DNA of 64,000 nucleotides, from NCBI GenBank assembly GCA_024275955.1, contig JAJRYD010000036.1, positions 1 to 64,000 of the forward strand. Direction: 5' to 3'. Made by a program: the position numbers and the translations under genes. Below the pieces are notes generated by a model. It worked only from the letters and a program-made list of their open reading frames with translations. It was not told the origin of the DNA and made no database searches. How positions within the stretch are numbered: position 1 is the first letter of the stretch; each line of letters opens with the position of its first letter. This document shows, piece by piece, positions 1 to 8,726 of the stretch. The DNA comes from Nitrospirota bacterium (GTDB lineage Bacteria > Nitrospinota_A > UBA7883 > JACRGQ01).

Positions 1-65
1 CCGTCAATAACCAGACGAACGGCCTCCTGCTTGAATTCCGAGTCGAACTTCCTGCGACTTCTCAT
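1..65 (-). mobile_element. IS3-family transposase OrfA, N-terminal 22 codons only (gene continues left of the window edge)
   Basis: The minus-strand ATG (complement of 63-65) is preceded by a GGAGGTG SD. The translation MRSRRKFDSEFKQEAVRLVIDG matches the conserved N-terminus of IS3/IS911/IS150 OrfA (RR.FS.EFK.EAVRLV), recalled from memory. The putative IS end lies at about 105-120. Confidence 0.5.
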
Positions 66-183
66 ATCTACACCTCCAAGTCATAAATGATTTCAACAAT
101 TCTAACCTTTCGGTGTGTCCATAAAAATGGGGGAAGATCACTTCTGATTCTAGTACATCAAGTATTAATTTCATCTTTCTTTA

Positions 184-193
184 CCCCCCCCCC
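184..193. repeat. C10 homopolymer tract (potential slipped-strand or phase-variation site; intergenic)
   Basis: Ten consecutive C residues seen directly in the sequence. Confidence 0.9.
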
Positions 194-481
194 ATTAGTT
201 GTATTGTTCAAAATTTGAACGGTTTTCCTATATTCTAATTCCTTTATCAGTGCATTTATAGGTGTATTGGATTTTAAATACTCTAAGCTGACATCGATGG
301 GTAGAAAGTTAAGAGCAGTAGCGTCCATCAAGAGCTAACGGTATGGTGGCTCACTCAATCTCAGCTCAGTAGAATCGTTCTGAAAAGTAGGGGGATAAAT
401 AGCTGGCACAAACTGGCACAGCGAATATTTGGCGAATATTCATTTTAAAGTGTATAAAAACAGATAGTTAAAAACTAAAAA

Positions 482-527
482 TGGTCGGGGCGGTAGGATT
501 CGAACCTACGGTCTTCTAGTTCCAAAA
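482..527 (-). tRNA. tRNA 3'-half fragment on the minus strand: T-arm GTAGG-TTCGAAT-CCTAC, acceptor 3' strand CGCCCCG, discriminator A and CCA. No matching 5' half lies within 100 nt. Probably an att-site remnant or partial duplication
   Basis: The reverse complement of 482-509 reads gtaggttcgaatcctaccgccccgacca, which has a canonical T-loop. The complementary 5' acceptor strand (cgccccg on the plus strand) is absent downstream. Confidence 0.4.
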
Positions 528-701
528 CTTTGCATAAGCTACTTTCAGTTCGTTTAGCGGGATCTATGAAGTGGAGCTGAACAGGTATTGGAATTTTCTT
601 AAATTTGGGATTTGCCACACGTTGCCACACGCTTTTCATAGGTCAACTAATTGAAAGGAAAAGTCTTTTGCTCTCAGAAAACGTTATGGTAGGATAATCG
701 T

Positions 702-1367
702 ATGAAAAAAAGCAAAAGATTCGCGGTTCTAGGGCTCGGCAAGTTCGGCTTCTATCTTGCCACGCACCTCTTTCAGAGGGGGCATGAAGTGATGGCGGTT
801 GATGTCGATAAGGAGATAGTTCAGGAGATTAAGAACTTTTCTACGCAGGCGATAGTCGCCGACGCGACAAATAAGGAAACCCTTTTGTCTATCGGAATAG
901 AGAACATGGACAGCGTTATAGTAAGCCTCGGTACGCGGATGGATCACTCCATACTGACAACTCTGAGCCTTAAGGAGATAGGGATAAAAGAGATTGTCGT
1001 AAAGGCGATTACCGAAGATCATAGAAAAATTTTGGGAATAATAGGCGCTACCGAGGTTATATTTCCAGAACGGGATATGGCCGAAAAAGTGGCCCATAAC
1101 CTTTCTTCCCCAAATCTTTTGGACTACCTTCCTCTTTCCGAAGGGTATTCCATTATGGAGCTTGTGCCACAGAAATCGTTTATAGGTAAAACCATTAAAG
1201 ATATACAGTTGCGCAATGTATATGGAGTGCAGATTATCGCTATAAAAGAGCTGGTTCCAGAACGGATGAACCTTCTTCCTTCTTCTGACACAATGGTAAA
1301 GGAATCCGACGTTCTTGTCGTGATAGGTAGCGATGAAGATCTTCGAAACTTGGAAGAAGAGACCTAA
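702..1367 (+). CDS. TrkA/KtrA-like K+ transport regulatory protein (TrkA-N NAD-binding plus TrkA-C)
   Basis: 221 aa with a GLGKFG Rossmann motif at the N-terminus and a C-terminal RCK_C-like region. An AGGAT SD precedes the start. Confidence 0.8.
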   Translation: MKKSKRFAVLGLGKFGFYLATHLFQRGHEVMAVDVDKEIVQEIKNFSTQAIVADATNKETLLSIGIENMDSVIVSLGTRMDHSILTTLSLKEIGIKEIVVKAITEDHRKILGIIGATEVIFPERDMAEKVAHNLSSPNLLDYLPLSEGYSIMELVPQKSFIGKTIKDIQLRNVYGVQIIAIKELVPERMNLLPSSDTMVKESDVLVVIGSDEDLRNLEEET

Positions 1368-1520
1368 CCGTCAACTTTATCCAGCCAAGAAGAGTGCTTA
1401 GCCAAAACTGCTCACGGCATCGCCGCCATTCTCAAAAGCTGAAAGTTCGGTAGTGGTTAGTTGAATTCCGGTTGCTTCCCATCCTTATTACAAAGGAGTG
1501 GACTGAGGCACCCCCTTAAC

Positions 1521-1650
1521 GGGCCTGTTGCCAAAAGAGTTTTTTTGGGCATTTTAAAGAAAAACCCATTTTCTAACTTCGTAAAAACAGAGGCTTTAGA
1601 GATTGCCGATTTGTAGCAAAATCGAATTTGTGCCATTCGGCAACAGCCCC
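1521..1650 (+). repeat. Type-1 MITE-like repeat (about 130 nt, TIR GGGCCTGTTGCC...GGCAACAGCCCC), copy 1 of 5
   Basis: Shares the core aaaagagttttttgggcattttaaagaaaa...gattg.cgatttgtagc.aaatc.aattt...ggcaacagcccc with copies at 5695, 7515, 42837 and 18104(-). Confidence 0.8.
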
Positions 1651-1656
1651 TCAATG

Positions 1657-1762
1657 GCACCCCCTCCGTCCCATACTCGCGCGGGGGAGGAGAGAGACCT
1701 CCCCTTCCGCTTCGCAAAGGGAAGACAAAGGCAACTGTAATTTTAAAACTGATACACTAACC
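1657..1762 (+). repeat. Type-3 repeat (about 105 nt), copy 1 of 2 (second copy at 22372-22502)
   Basis: ccgtcc...gcgggggagg...ctcccc.tccgc.tcgcaaagg.aaga.aaag..aactgtaattttaaaa is shared with 22420-22500. Confidence 0.65.
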
Positions 1763-1777
1763 AGAAATTTTGTCAGC

Positions 1778-2137
1778 TTACTTTAAATCAGCTTTTCCTT
1801 TGTTCATCGCGCGGGCAAAATCGGCTTTAAATTTGTCTAGCCCGCTTTTTGGTTCCTGCTTCATCCACTTTTTCGCTATGTTGACGATGATGTCGATTCT
1901 TTCCGTGCCGATAATCTTAATGGTCTTCAAGTTTTTTGGCACTCCCTGTGGAAGCACCCATCTGTTTGCGCGGGCCGGTACGATATGGGGAGAGTTTTCT
2001 TTTTTTACACTCTTTGCGGGCTTGTCGGCCTTTGGAGCTGTTTTTGTTTTTTTACTTTCCTCTCCTCTGAAGTAGGCGAATAGAGCGGCGGTAAGGCAAG
2101 CGGTGCCGACAAGCATAGCGGCTAATGCTAGTTTCAT
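1778..2137 (-). CDS. Hypothetical secreted/lipoprotein-like protein (119 aa) downstream of the recombinase gene
   Basis: N-terminal signal peptide MKLALAAMLVGTAC followed by a lysine-rich region. An AAGAGGA SD is formed by the last codons of the upstream gene. Confidence 0.5.
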   Translation of the reverse strand: MKLALAAMLVGTACLTAALFAYFRGEESKKTKTAPKADKPAKSVKKENSPHIVPARANRWVLPQGVPKNLKTIKIIGTERIDIIVNIAKKWMKQEPKSGLDKFKADFARAMNKGKADLK

Positions 2138-2144
2138 TTTTTAT

Positions 2145-3041
2145 CTATCCTCTTGGATGGTTTTTTTCTATTATTTTTGAGAGTCGTCCTCTGTCAAGGT
2201 GCGTGTATATTTCTGTAGTTGTCAGGGTTGCGTGTCCCAGCATCATCTGTATCGCCCTTAGGTCGGCACCGCCCTCCAGCATATGCGTGGCAAAGGAGTG
2301 TCTTAATAGGTGGGGAGATACCGTTTGTGCTATTCCTGCTTTTTGCGCGTACTTTTTTATTATCTGCCAGAACATCTGCCTGCTCATAGGCTTTCCAAGC
2401 CTTGTGAGGAAAAGTTCTTCAGGATTTTCTTTTTTTATAAACTTATGCCTTGCCTCTTTTATGTAAGAGGAGATCATGTCGTTGGCTCTTTGTCCTATCG
2501 GTATAACTCTTTCTTTAGAACCTTTTCCAAAAGTTATCATATATCCAGAAGTAAGGTTGAGGTCTTCGATTTTTACCCTCACAAGTTCGGAGGCGCGCAT
2601 CCCTGTGGAGTAAAGCAGTTCCATCATCACCGCGTCACGCGCCCCGTTGTGTGTCGCTTCATCCGGCTGTGAGAGAAGTTTTTCCAGTTCTTTCACGGTG
2701 AGGTATTTTGGCAGACGTTTTGTCCGTACAGGCAGTTCTATGTTTTGTGTCGGGTCGGCTGTTATTTTTCCTTGCAAAACAGAGAAGCGGTAGAACATTC
2801 TTAACGCCGAAAGTTTTCTCGCCGATGAGCGTGGAGATATCCCTTTCTTGCGCAGATAGGCCAGCCAGCCTGTTATATCTGTCGGCTTAAGGAAGTTTAG
2901 TGTTTTGTCGCTGTTAATTTTATGAAAGTCTAGATAGCCGGCAAGGTCTCTGCTGTAGGCTGTAATAGTATTTTCGGAAAGGTTTTTTTCCACCGCAAGG
3001 TGGGCGAGCCATTCGTCAGGCAGGCTTAACGTCTTAGGCAT
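2145..3041 (-). CDS. xerD: Tyrosine site-specific recombinase, XerC/XerD family
   Basis: 298 aa. The C-terminus LLRHSFATHMLEGGADLRAIQMMLGHATLTTTEIYTH carries the R..H..R..Y catalytic signature typical of XerC/XerD. I cannot tell C from D. Confidence 0.8.
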   Translation of the reverse strand: MPKTLSLPDEWLAHLAVEKNLSENTITAYSRDLAGYLDFHKINSDKTLNFLKPTDITGWLAYLRKKGISPRSSARKLSALRMFYRFSVLQGKITADPTQNIELPVRTKRLPKYLTVKELEKLLSQPDEATHNGARDAVMMELLYSTGMRASELVRVKIEDLNLTSGYMITFGKGSKERVIPIGQRANDMISSYIKEARHKFIKKENPEELFLTRLGKPMSRQMFWQIIKKYAQKAGIAQTVSPHLLRHSFATHMLEGGADLRAIQMMLGHATLTTTEIYTHLDRGRLSKIIEKNHPRG

Positions 3042-3675
3042 ATCCTTCTGTTTGTCTTAAAAACGGGTTACGCGCCTTTTCCAGCCCTATTGTCGTGGTA
3101 CCCCCGTGGCCGGGGTATATAACGGTTTCATCAGGTAGTATGAATAGTCTGGTTTTTATTGATTTTATAAGAGTGTCGTGGTTGCTGTACTCCCAGTCGG
3201 AGCGTCCTATAGACTGCTGGAAGATGGTGTCGCCCGATATCAGCTTTCCATCGCCGTAAAGGCATATCCCGCCCTTCGTGTGACCCGGAGTATGTATTAC
3301 TTCCAGAGCAAGACAGTCGCAAAGATCTACAATCTCTCCGTCGCTTACCGTAGCGTCATTTAGCGGTGGTGCTTTGAGTCCCATATATTCGGCTGTGTCG
3401 AGCTGTTCCTGCGAGGAGAGCATCCATACATCTTCCTCGTGGCAGAGGAAGGGGATATCAAAATGCTCTACAATGGTTTTTATTGCGCCTGTGTGGTCGG
3501 AGTGGCAGTGGGTATTTAGGACAAGTTTAGGTATAAGCTCATTCGCCTCGATAAACGAGATTATTTTCTTTCCACTATCGCCCGGGTCTACAACGATTGC
3601 CGACTTGTGCCTATCGCAATAGGCAACGATGCAGTTTTCTTCTATAGGGCCAACAGTAATCACTTCAAACTTCAT
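3034..3675 (-). CDS. MBL-fold metallo-hydrolase (hydroxyacylglutathione hydrolase-like)
   Basis: 213 aa with an HCHSDH (HxHxDH) metal-binding motif. Confidence 0.8.
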   Translation of the reverse strand: MKFEVITVGPIEENCIVAYCDRHKSAIVVDPGDSGKKIISFIEANELIPKLVLNTHCHSDHTGAIKTIVEHFDIPFLCHEEDVWMLSSQEQLDTAEYMGLKAPPLNDATVSDGEIVDLCDCLALEVIHTPGHTKGGICLYGDGKLISGDTIFQQSIGRSDWEYSNHDTLIKSIKTRLFILPDETVIYPGHGGTTTIGLEKARNPFLRQTEGYA

Positions 3676-3758
3676 AGCCCTTAGATATTACAATGACTTT
3701 TCGTTATTGCAAACTAACCGGCATTGCCGGCTGAAAGCAGGTGCTAGAGTGTAAAGTG

Positions 3759-4667
3759 ATGATAATAAGTGTAAGCAGACGTACAGATATACCAGCTTTG
3801 TATACGGAGTGGTTTATGAACCGGATAAGAGCTGGCTACTGCGTTACGAGGAACCCATATAACCCGAATCAGGTTAGGAGAGTTTCGCTTTTACCGGACG
3901 ATATCTTTGCGTTAGTTTTCTGGAGCAAAAACCCGGAACCGCTAATCCGGCATCTGCCGGAACTCGATAAGCTCGGCTACCGATACTACTTTCAATTTAC
4001 GCTAAACGATTACCCTGCCGAACTTGAGCCGGCTGTTCCGCCGGTTGAGACGCGGGTAGATACATTTAAAAAGCTTTCGGGATTGATTGGAAAAGAAAGA
4101 GTGGTTTGGCGGTATGACCCGATAATTATCTCCAACCTTACCGATGCCGGCTATCACCTTACTAGGTTCAAAGCTCTTGCCAGAGATCTGGAAGGCTATA
4201 CCGAGCGGGTTATGGTGAGCGTTGTTTCGTGGTACCGGAAAACCGCGAAAAACCTCGCTGTGTTACTGCGCCGGGGGTATCGGTTTGATGAGGGGGCGGT
4301 AGAGAGCGAGGCGACCGACAGTCTGCTTGAATCTATCGCAAAAGCTGGTCAAAAGCGCTCGATTGATATGTTTGCCTGCTCAATGGAAAAAGATTACAGC
4401 TCTATCGGGATTAAGCCGGGGAGATGTTTAGACGAGTCGCTCCTCTCACAGCTTTGGCCGGAGCTTAGCGATCTCTCTGGCAAAAAAGACCGAGGGCAGA
4501 GGAAAGAGTGTGGATGTGCCGTAAGCAGAGATATCGGGATAAATAACAGCTGTATTTATGCCTGCCGTTATTGCTACGCGACTGCCAGCGATGAAAAGGC
4601 AAAGCTAAGGCACAAAAAGCATGACCCTACGGGAGATGAGCTGTTTTCGGTCAGTCTGCCGGTATAG
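3759..4667 (+). CDS. DUF1848-like Fe-S/cysteine-rich protein (C-terminal CxC...CxxxCxxC cluster)
   Basis: About 300 aa. The C-terminal ECGCAVSRDIGINNSCIYACRYCYA resembles the DUF1848 family (from memory). The start is ambiguous between GTG 3741 and ATG 3759. Confidence 0.5.
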   Translation: MIISVSRRTDIPALYTEWFMNRIRAGYCVTRNPYNPNQVRRVSLLPDDIFALVFWSKNPEPLIRHLPELDKLGYRYYFQFTLNDYPAELEPAVPPVETRVDTFKKLSGLIGKERVVWRYDPIIISNLTDAGYHLTRFKALARDLEGYTERVMVSVVSWYRKTAKNLAVLLRRGYRFDEGAVESEATDSLLESIAKAGQKRSIDMFACSMEKDYSSIGIKPGRCLDESLLSQLWPELSDLSGKKDRGQRKECGCAVSRDIGINNSCIYACRYCYATASDEKAKLRHKKHDPTGDELFSVSLPV

Positions 4668-4805
4668 TTTGAGCGGAAGATTTTTGCGATGACAGGCTTT
4701 CATGGTATAGAATCGACAGGTATTACAAAGCTGTAGAAATAAATGGCGTTGCTGTGGCTCGCTGGCATATAATGTGCCGGTATTAACAAGGGGGTACTAG
4801 ATTTA

Positions 4806-5597
4806 ATGTTTTCGGGATTTCAGACAGCTTTAATAGTTGATGACGATTTTGACGCGAGAAAGTTTGTTGACGGTCTCTTGACGACTCAAATGGGGTTTGC
4901 ACGGGTTAAACAGGCGCAAAGCCCAGAAGTGGCGCTGGAGATGCTTGGCGAAGGCGAAAAGTTTGATATCATTTTCAGCGGGGACGAGTTTTCCCGTATG
5001 AAGGGGGACGAGTTTCTTGGTGAAATCCGCAAGAACCCTGAAACAGTAAAGACTCCGTTCATAATGATGAGCATAAAGAAAGATAAAGAATCTCTTGTTG
5101 CCGCTATCAGAGCCGGCGTTACCAACTACCTTGTAAAGCCGCTTACCGCTGGTCCTTTCATGCAGAAGATGAAAAAAACCTTTACAGATATTATCAGAAA
5201 GGAAGTCGAAAGATTTAACTCAGGCATAACAAACCATGCGGAAATATACCTTACGGGTGACAAGACTTTGATTGGCGAGCTGGTAGATGTTAGTGACAGC
5301 GATTGCGTAATCAGAACACCTATAATCGGCAGAGGGGTAGTTTATATATATGACTTGGTCGACGTGGGAATAAAATTTGAGGGTAGTCTGTTTAAGGTAC
5401 ACGGTGAAATAAAGAAAATAGAAGAAGATACGGTAGATACATCAATACGCTACTTCAATATGCTCTCTATACAGTTTAGCGACCTCGACCACAAGGCAAA
5501 GGGCAAGCTAGAGAGGCTTGTGACAAGCGTCCATGTGCAGAAGGTGGAAGCGGCGAAGGCTCAGCAAGGTTCTAAAGCTTCTTCCGAGCCAGCCTAA
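4806..5597 (+). CDS. Response-regulator receiver domain fused to a PilZ-like C-terminal domain
   Basis: N-terminal REC-like region (LIVDDD...IMMSIKKD...YLVKPL) with an atypical acceptor region (IIFSGDEF). The C-terminal beta-rich region is PilZ-like. An AAGGGGG SD precedes the start. Confidence 0.6.
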   Translation: MFSGFQTALIVDDDFDARKFVDGLLTTQMGFARVKQAQSPEVALEMLGEGEKFDIIFSGDEFSRMKGDEFLGEIRKNPETVKTPFIMMSIKKDKESLVAAIRAGVTNYLVKPLTAGPFMQKMKKTFTDIIRKEVERFNSGITNHAEIYLTGDKTLIGELVDVSDSDCVIRTPIIGRGVVYIYDLVDVGIKFEGSLFKVHGEIKKIEEDTVDTSIRYFNMLSIQFSDLDHKAKGKLERLVTSVHVQKVEAAKAQQGSKASSEPA

Positions 5598-5694
5598 GAA
5601 TAGGCCTATACCTACTTATAGTTTTTCCGCGTTCCGGCGGTATAACGACTGCGGGCCATCACTGTTCACGCGTGGTTGAGGTAAAAGCCGAGCT

Positions 5695-5825
5695 GGGACT
5701 GTTTCTGAAAAGAGTTTTTTTGAGCATCTCAAAGAAAAGTTTATTTTCTAGCTTCCGTAAAATAGAGATGTCAGAGATTGGCGATTTGTAGCGAAATCAA
5801 ATTTACGCGATTTGGCAACAGCCCC
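5695..5825 (+). repeat. Type-1 MITE-like repeat, copy 2 of 5
   Basis: GGGACTGTT...AACAGCCCC termini with the conserved core. Confidence 0.8.
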
Positions 5826-5951
5826 GAGCTGAACCTTCCCGAACCACCAAACAGTTTACAGCCACCAGCCGGATTCACATTTATGGCAACCGGCCCTCAT
5901 ACGCTTATCGAAACAGTTTGTGAAACAATAAGTCCAAAGAGCGTTAATCGT

Positions 5952-6243
5952 TAGCCGTCTCTCAAAAAGTTGTTTCATACTGCGAATAAAGGTTAATATC
6001 GGTTTTTAACTCTTTGGAAATCGCAAGAAGAATGAAGAAGTAACCAAAAACATAGTCATTAAACTCAAGGTTATTTGCAAGAACCTCCTCCTTAGCAAAG
6101 CGGAAAGAGGGGTCGCCCAAAGGGCGGGGGTGGTTCTTAGCCGGTAAGCCTTCCGGCATTCGACAGGCTCACGCCGCCTTCCCTTCTTAAAAAGGGAAAG
6201 GTTTTTATAATCGTTTAAACAGTAAATTTTTCAGGGACGACTA
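5952..6243 (+). repeat. Type-2 structured repeat (about 290 nt), copy A of 3
   Basis: tagccgtc.ctc.aaaaa...ttgtttcata...ctctttggaaatcgcaagaagaatgaa...ggtaagccttccggc.ttcgacaggctcacgcc...tttttcagggacgacta; imperfect terminal inverted repeat. Confidence 0.85.
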
Positions 6244-6278
6244 GTTAGGGTTTTGGGTAGGTGAGTTAGGTATGGCAG

Positions 6279-7454
6279 TTAATCATCTCTATTTTTCAGG
6301 TATTGTTGGACAGCCGAGAATTGTCCAGTCCGCTTTAGCATTTTTTTCGCGCGGTATGATTTTTCGGCCTGTTCAATCAGTTTTGTTATCATCTCTTTGA
6401 AGCTTATGCCGCTCTCTTCCCATAGATAAAAAGAAAGAGAGCCTGGGATGGAGTTTAGTTCGGTTATTGTAATCTCTCCGCTTTGGCTTAAAAGAAAATC
6501 TACCCGCGCGGAGCCGGAGCAGTCGAGCAGGTTGAACACTTTTACAGCAAGCTCTTTGATTTTTTTTGTCGTTGTTTCATCAATTTTCGCTGGTAAAGCC
6601 CGAGAGACGTTTGCCATTCCGCCGCCTGTTCCTTTTTTGCCGCCTTTCATATATTTTTGCTCGTAGTCAAGGAAGCCTTCGCTGAAAACCTCTTCACAAA
6701 CCGAAGCGACAGCATCTCCATCGCCTCCCATCACGGCGCAGTTTATCTCCCTCGGGTTTATCACTCCTTCTTCCACTATAAGCTTGCGGTCAAAACGGGA
6801 TGCCTCATCGAGAGCGGCAGAGAGGAGGTCGGCAGAATCTACTTTTGTAATCCCGACCGATGAGCCGGCAGAGGAAGGCTTTACAAATATAGGGAACCGG
6901 AAGCTGTCGGTTATCTCTTTTCGCACTTCAGCATTTTTATTTTCGATTCTACTTTTCAAAAAACCTTTAAACCTTACGATAGGCAAACCTTCTGCCTTTA
7001 GTATTAGCTTTTGAAATAGCTTGTCCATCCCGACTGCGCTTGATGCTACTGGTGAGCCTGTGTACGGTATATCGGCAAGCTCGAAAAGCCCCTGCAGGGA
7101 GCCATCCTCACCGCCGGAGCCATGAATAAGCGGGAAGGCGATATCTATTTTTAGATTGGTGTCTATCAGTTTTTGAAAGAACCGACCTGTATCGTGCCGT
7201 AAAGGGTAGGGCGGCAGTACCTTGCGGTTGAACTTTGCAAGGCCGCTTTTGTTGCCGGTAAAAATCTCTTTGTAGCGCGTCACATCTTTCAGCCGGTCGT
7301 CTACTATCCAGTCGCCATCCTCGGTTATGTAAACCGGCAGTGGGTCGTATTTTTCCTTATCAATGTTTTTGTAAACCTGATCGAAAGTTATTATAGAAAC
7401 TTCATGCTCGGCGCTTACCCCTCCGAATATAAGACCGACCCTCTTTTTTTGCAT
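6279..7454 (-). CDS. ddl: D-alanine--D-alanine ligase (ATP-grasp)
   Basis: N-terminus MQKKRVGLIFGGVSAEHEVS is the canonical Ddl start, followed by an ATP-grasp fold. The track ORF extends 13 codons further upstream; I chose the conserved Met. Confidence 0.8.
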   Translation of the reverse strand: MQKKRVGLIFGGVSAEHEVSIITFDQVYKNIDKEKYDPLPVYITEDGDWIVDDRLKDVTRYKEIFTGNKSGLAKFNRKVLPPYPLRHDTGRFFQKLIDTNLKIDIAFPLIHGSGGEDGSLQGLFELADIPYTGSPVASSAVGMDKLFQKLILKAEGLPIVRFKGFLKSRIENKNAEVRKEITDSFRFPIFVKPSSAGSSVGITKVDSADLLSAALDEASRFDRKLIVEEGVINPREINCAVMGGDGDAVASVCEEVFSEGFLDYEQKYMKGGKKGTGGGMANVSRALPAKIDETTTKKIKELAVKVFNLLDCSGSARVDFLLSQSGEITITELNSIPGSLSFYLWEESGISFKEMITKLIEQAEKSYRAKKMLKRTGQFSAVQQYLKNRDD

Positions 7455-7514
7455 CGGGTAAATATACCATACGGTTTTGGGCCAAGTCTCCAATGGAGGG
7501 GCTTAGCCCAAAGT

Positions 7515-7643
7515 GGGATTGTTTTCCAAAGAGATTTTTGAGCATTTTAAGGGAAAGCTCACTTTCTCACTTCTTTAAAGTGGAGCTGTCCGAGATCGGC
7601 AATTTTCAGCAAGATCAAACTTATCGCATTTGCCAACAGCGCC
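7515..7643 (+). repeat. Type-1 MITE-like repeat, copy 3 of 5 (more diverged)
   Basis: GGGATTGTT...caacagcgcc termini; the core is recognisable. Confidence 0.65.
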
Positions 7644-7949
7644 AAAGTGCCAAGATATGGTGCTGATAACTGACAGCGGGAGTGCCGGAGCTAAGCTTGG
7701 CTATATTCTAACGCCTCTCTTCTCCCAGCCTCCTTGACAGAAAATAGCTGTAGCGAAAGGGGAAATTATGCAGTCATAAGGCACACTTTGGCTCAGCTTG
7801 AAGGCTACTTTACCTATCTTCTTTTAAATCAATATGATATAAATAACCTAACTGTCTAACCCCTAAAAAAAATATCTTGACTATATGGGTAGGGTTTAGT
7901 TAGTATAACCCTATATTCAACGATTGGTTTTATTAGAGGAGCGGTTGCT

Positions 7950-8180
7950 ATGCAGATTGAAACAAGCCCACAGAGGCTTTTCCTAAAGGCATTTTCATGG
8001 CGCATTCTTGCTACTCTAACCACTATGGTTATCGCTTACCTTGTTACCGGCAAGATAGATTTGGCGATAGAGATAGGCTTTATCGAGTTTTTCCTTAAAA
8101 TGGCTATCTATTCTTTCCATGAGCGTGTTTGGGACAAAGTACGGTTCGGCATTGAGATTAAAAGGCTGACGGCCGACTAG
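7950..8180 (+). CDS. DUF2061-like small membrane protein (76 aa)
   Basis: SWRILATLTTMVIAYLVTG...HERVW resembles the DUF2061 family (from memory). A GGAG SD precedes the start. Confidence 0.55.
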   Translation: MQIETSPQRLFLKAFSWRILATLTTMVIAYLVTGKIDLAIEIGFIEFFLKMAIYSFHERVWDKVRFGIEIKRLTAD

Positions 8181-8321
8181 CCTTACCCGGTTCCTAAAGA
8201 CCCTATATACAGCAAACGCTTTTCATTCTGGTTGCTTTTACCTCGACTGTTTTTTCATTTGTGAATTATCTGGAAGAATCTCTGCTTATCGGAATATCTG
8301 TTTTAATTTAGGTATACTGCC

Positions 8322-8705
8322 GTGATGAAAAAAATTTTCGTTAACACCGATAAAGCTCCAAAGCCGATAGGGCCTTATTCGCAGGCTGTGAGGGTGGGGG
8401 ATACGCTTTACCTCTCTGGGCAGATAGCACTCGACCCGCAAACGATGCAGATGATAGACGGCGGAATTAAAGAGCAGACAAGAAAGGTTCTTGAAAACCT
8501 TACGGCAGTCTTAAAGGAAGCAGGGGCAGATATAGGCAGTGTGGTGAAAACTACTGTTTACCTCGCCGATATGGCGCAGTTCCCTGAGATGAATGCGGTT
8601 TACGAGGAGTTTTTCGGCACCAGTAAGCCGGCTAGAGCCGCTATAGAGGCTAGCGCGCTTCCTAAAAACGCTTTGGTAGAGATAGACGCTATCGCACTCT
8701 TTTAG
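8322..8705 (+). CDS. ridA: RidA/YjgF reactive-intermediate deaminase
   Basis: 127 aa; PIGPYSQA...GQIALDP...ARAAIEA..LP are the conserved RidA motifs. Confidence 0.85.
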   Translation: MMKKIFVNTDKAPKPIGPYSQAVRVGDTLYLSGQIALDPQTMQMIDGGIKEQTRKVLENLTAVLKEAGADIGSVVKTTVYLADMAQFPEMNAVYEEFFGTSKPARAAIEASALPKNALVEIDAIALF

Positions 8706-8726
8706 AGCTTAACTTTAGGACGCAGG

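Noticed and set aside
482-850. tmRNA (ssrA) on the minus strand ending in the tRNA-like T-arm/acceptor/CCA at 482
   Set aside because: A tmRNA would need about 350 nt whose 5' end pairs with CGCCCCG. That span is occupied by a well-supported trkA-like CDS on the other strand (702-1367), and no complementary 5' strand is present. A truncated tRNA 3' half is the simpler reading.
1770-2075. Plus-strand 101-aa hydrophobic ORF overlapping the minus-strand 1778..2137 ORF
   Set aside because: The minus-strand ORF has a signal peptide and an SD provided by the xerD stop region, and it is co-oriented with xerD. The plus-strand ORF has no SD and a low-complexity translation.
5962-6159. Track ORFs lying inside repeat elements (5962..6159-, 17967..18233-, 19176..19406-, 1457..1717-, 22267..22509-, 17620..17853-)
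   Set aside because: They are confined to the multi-copy type-1, type-2 and type-3 repeats. They share a peptide only because the DNA is repeated, and they lack SD sequences. They are artefacts of repeat sequence.
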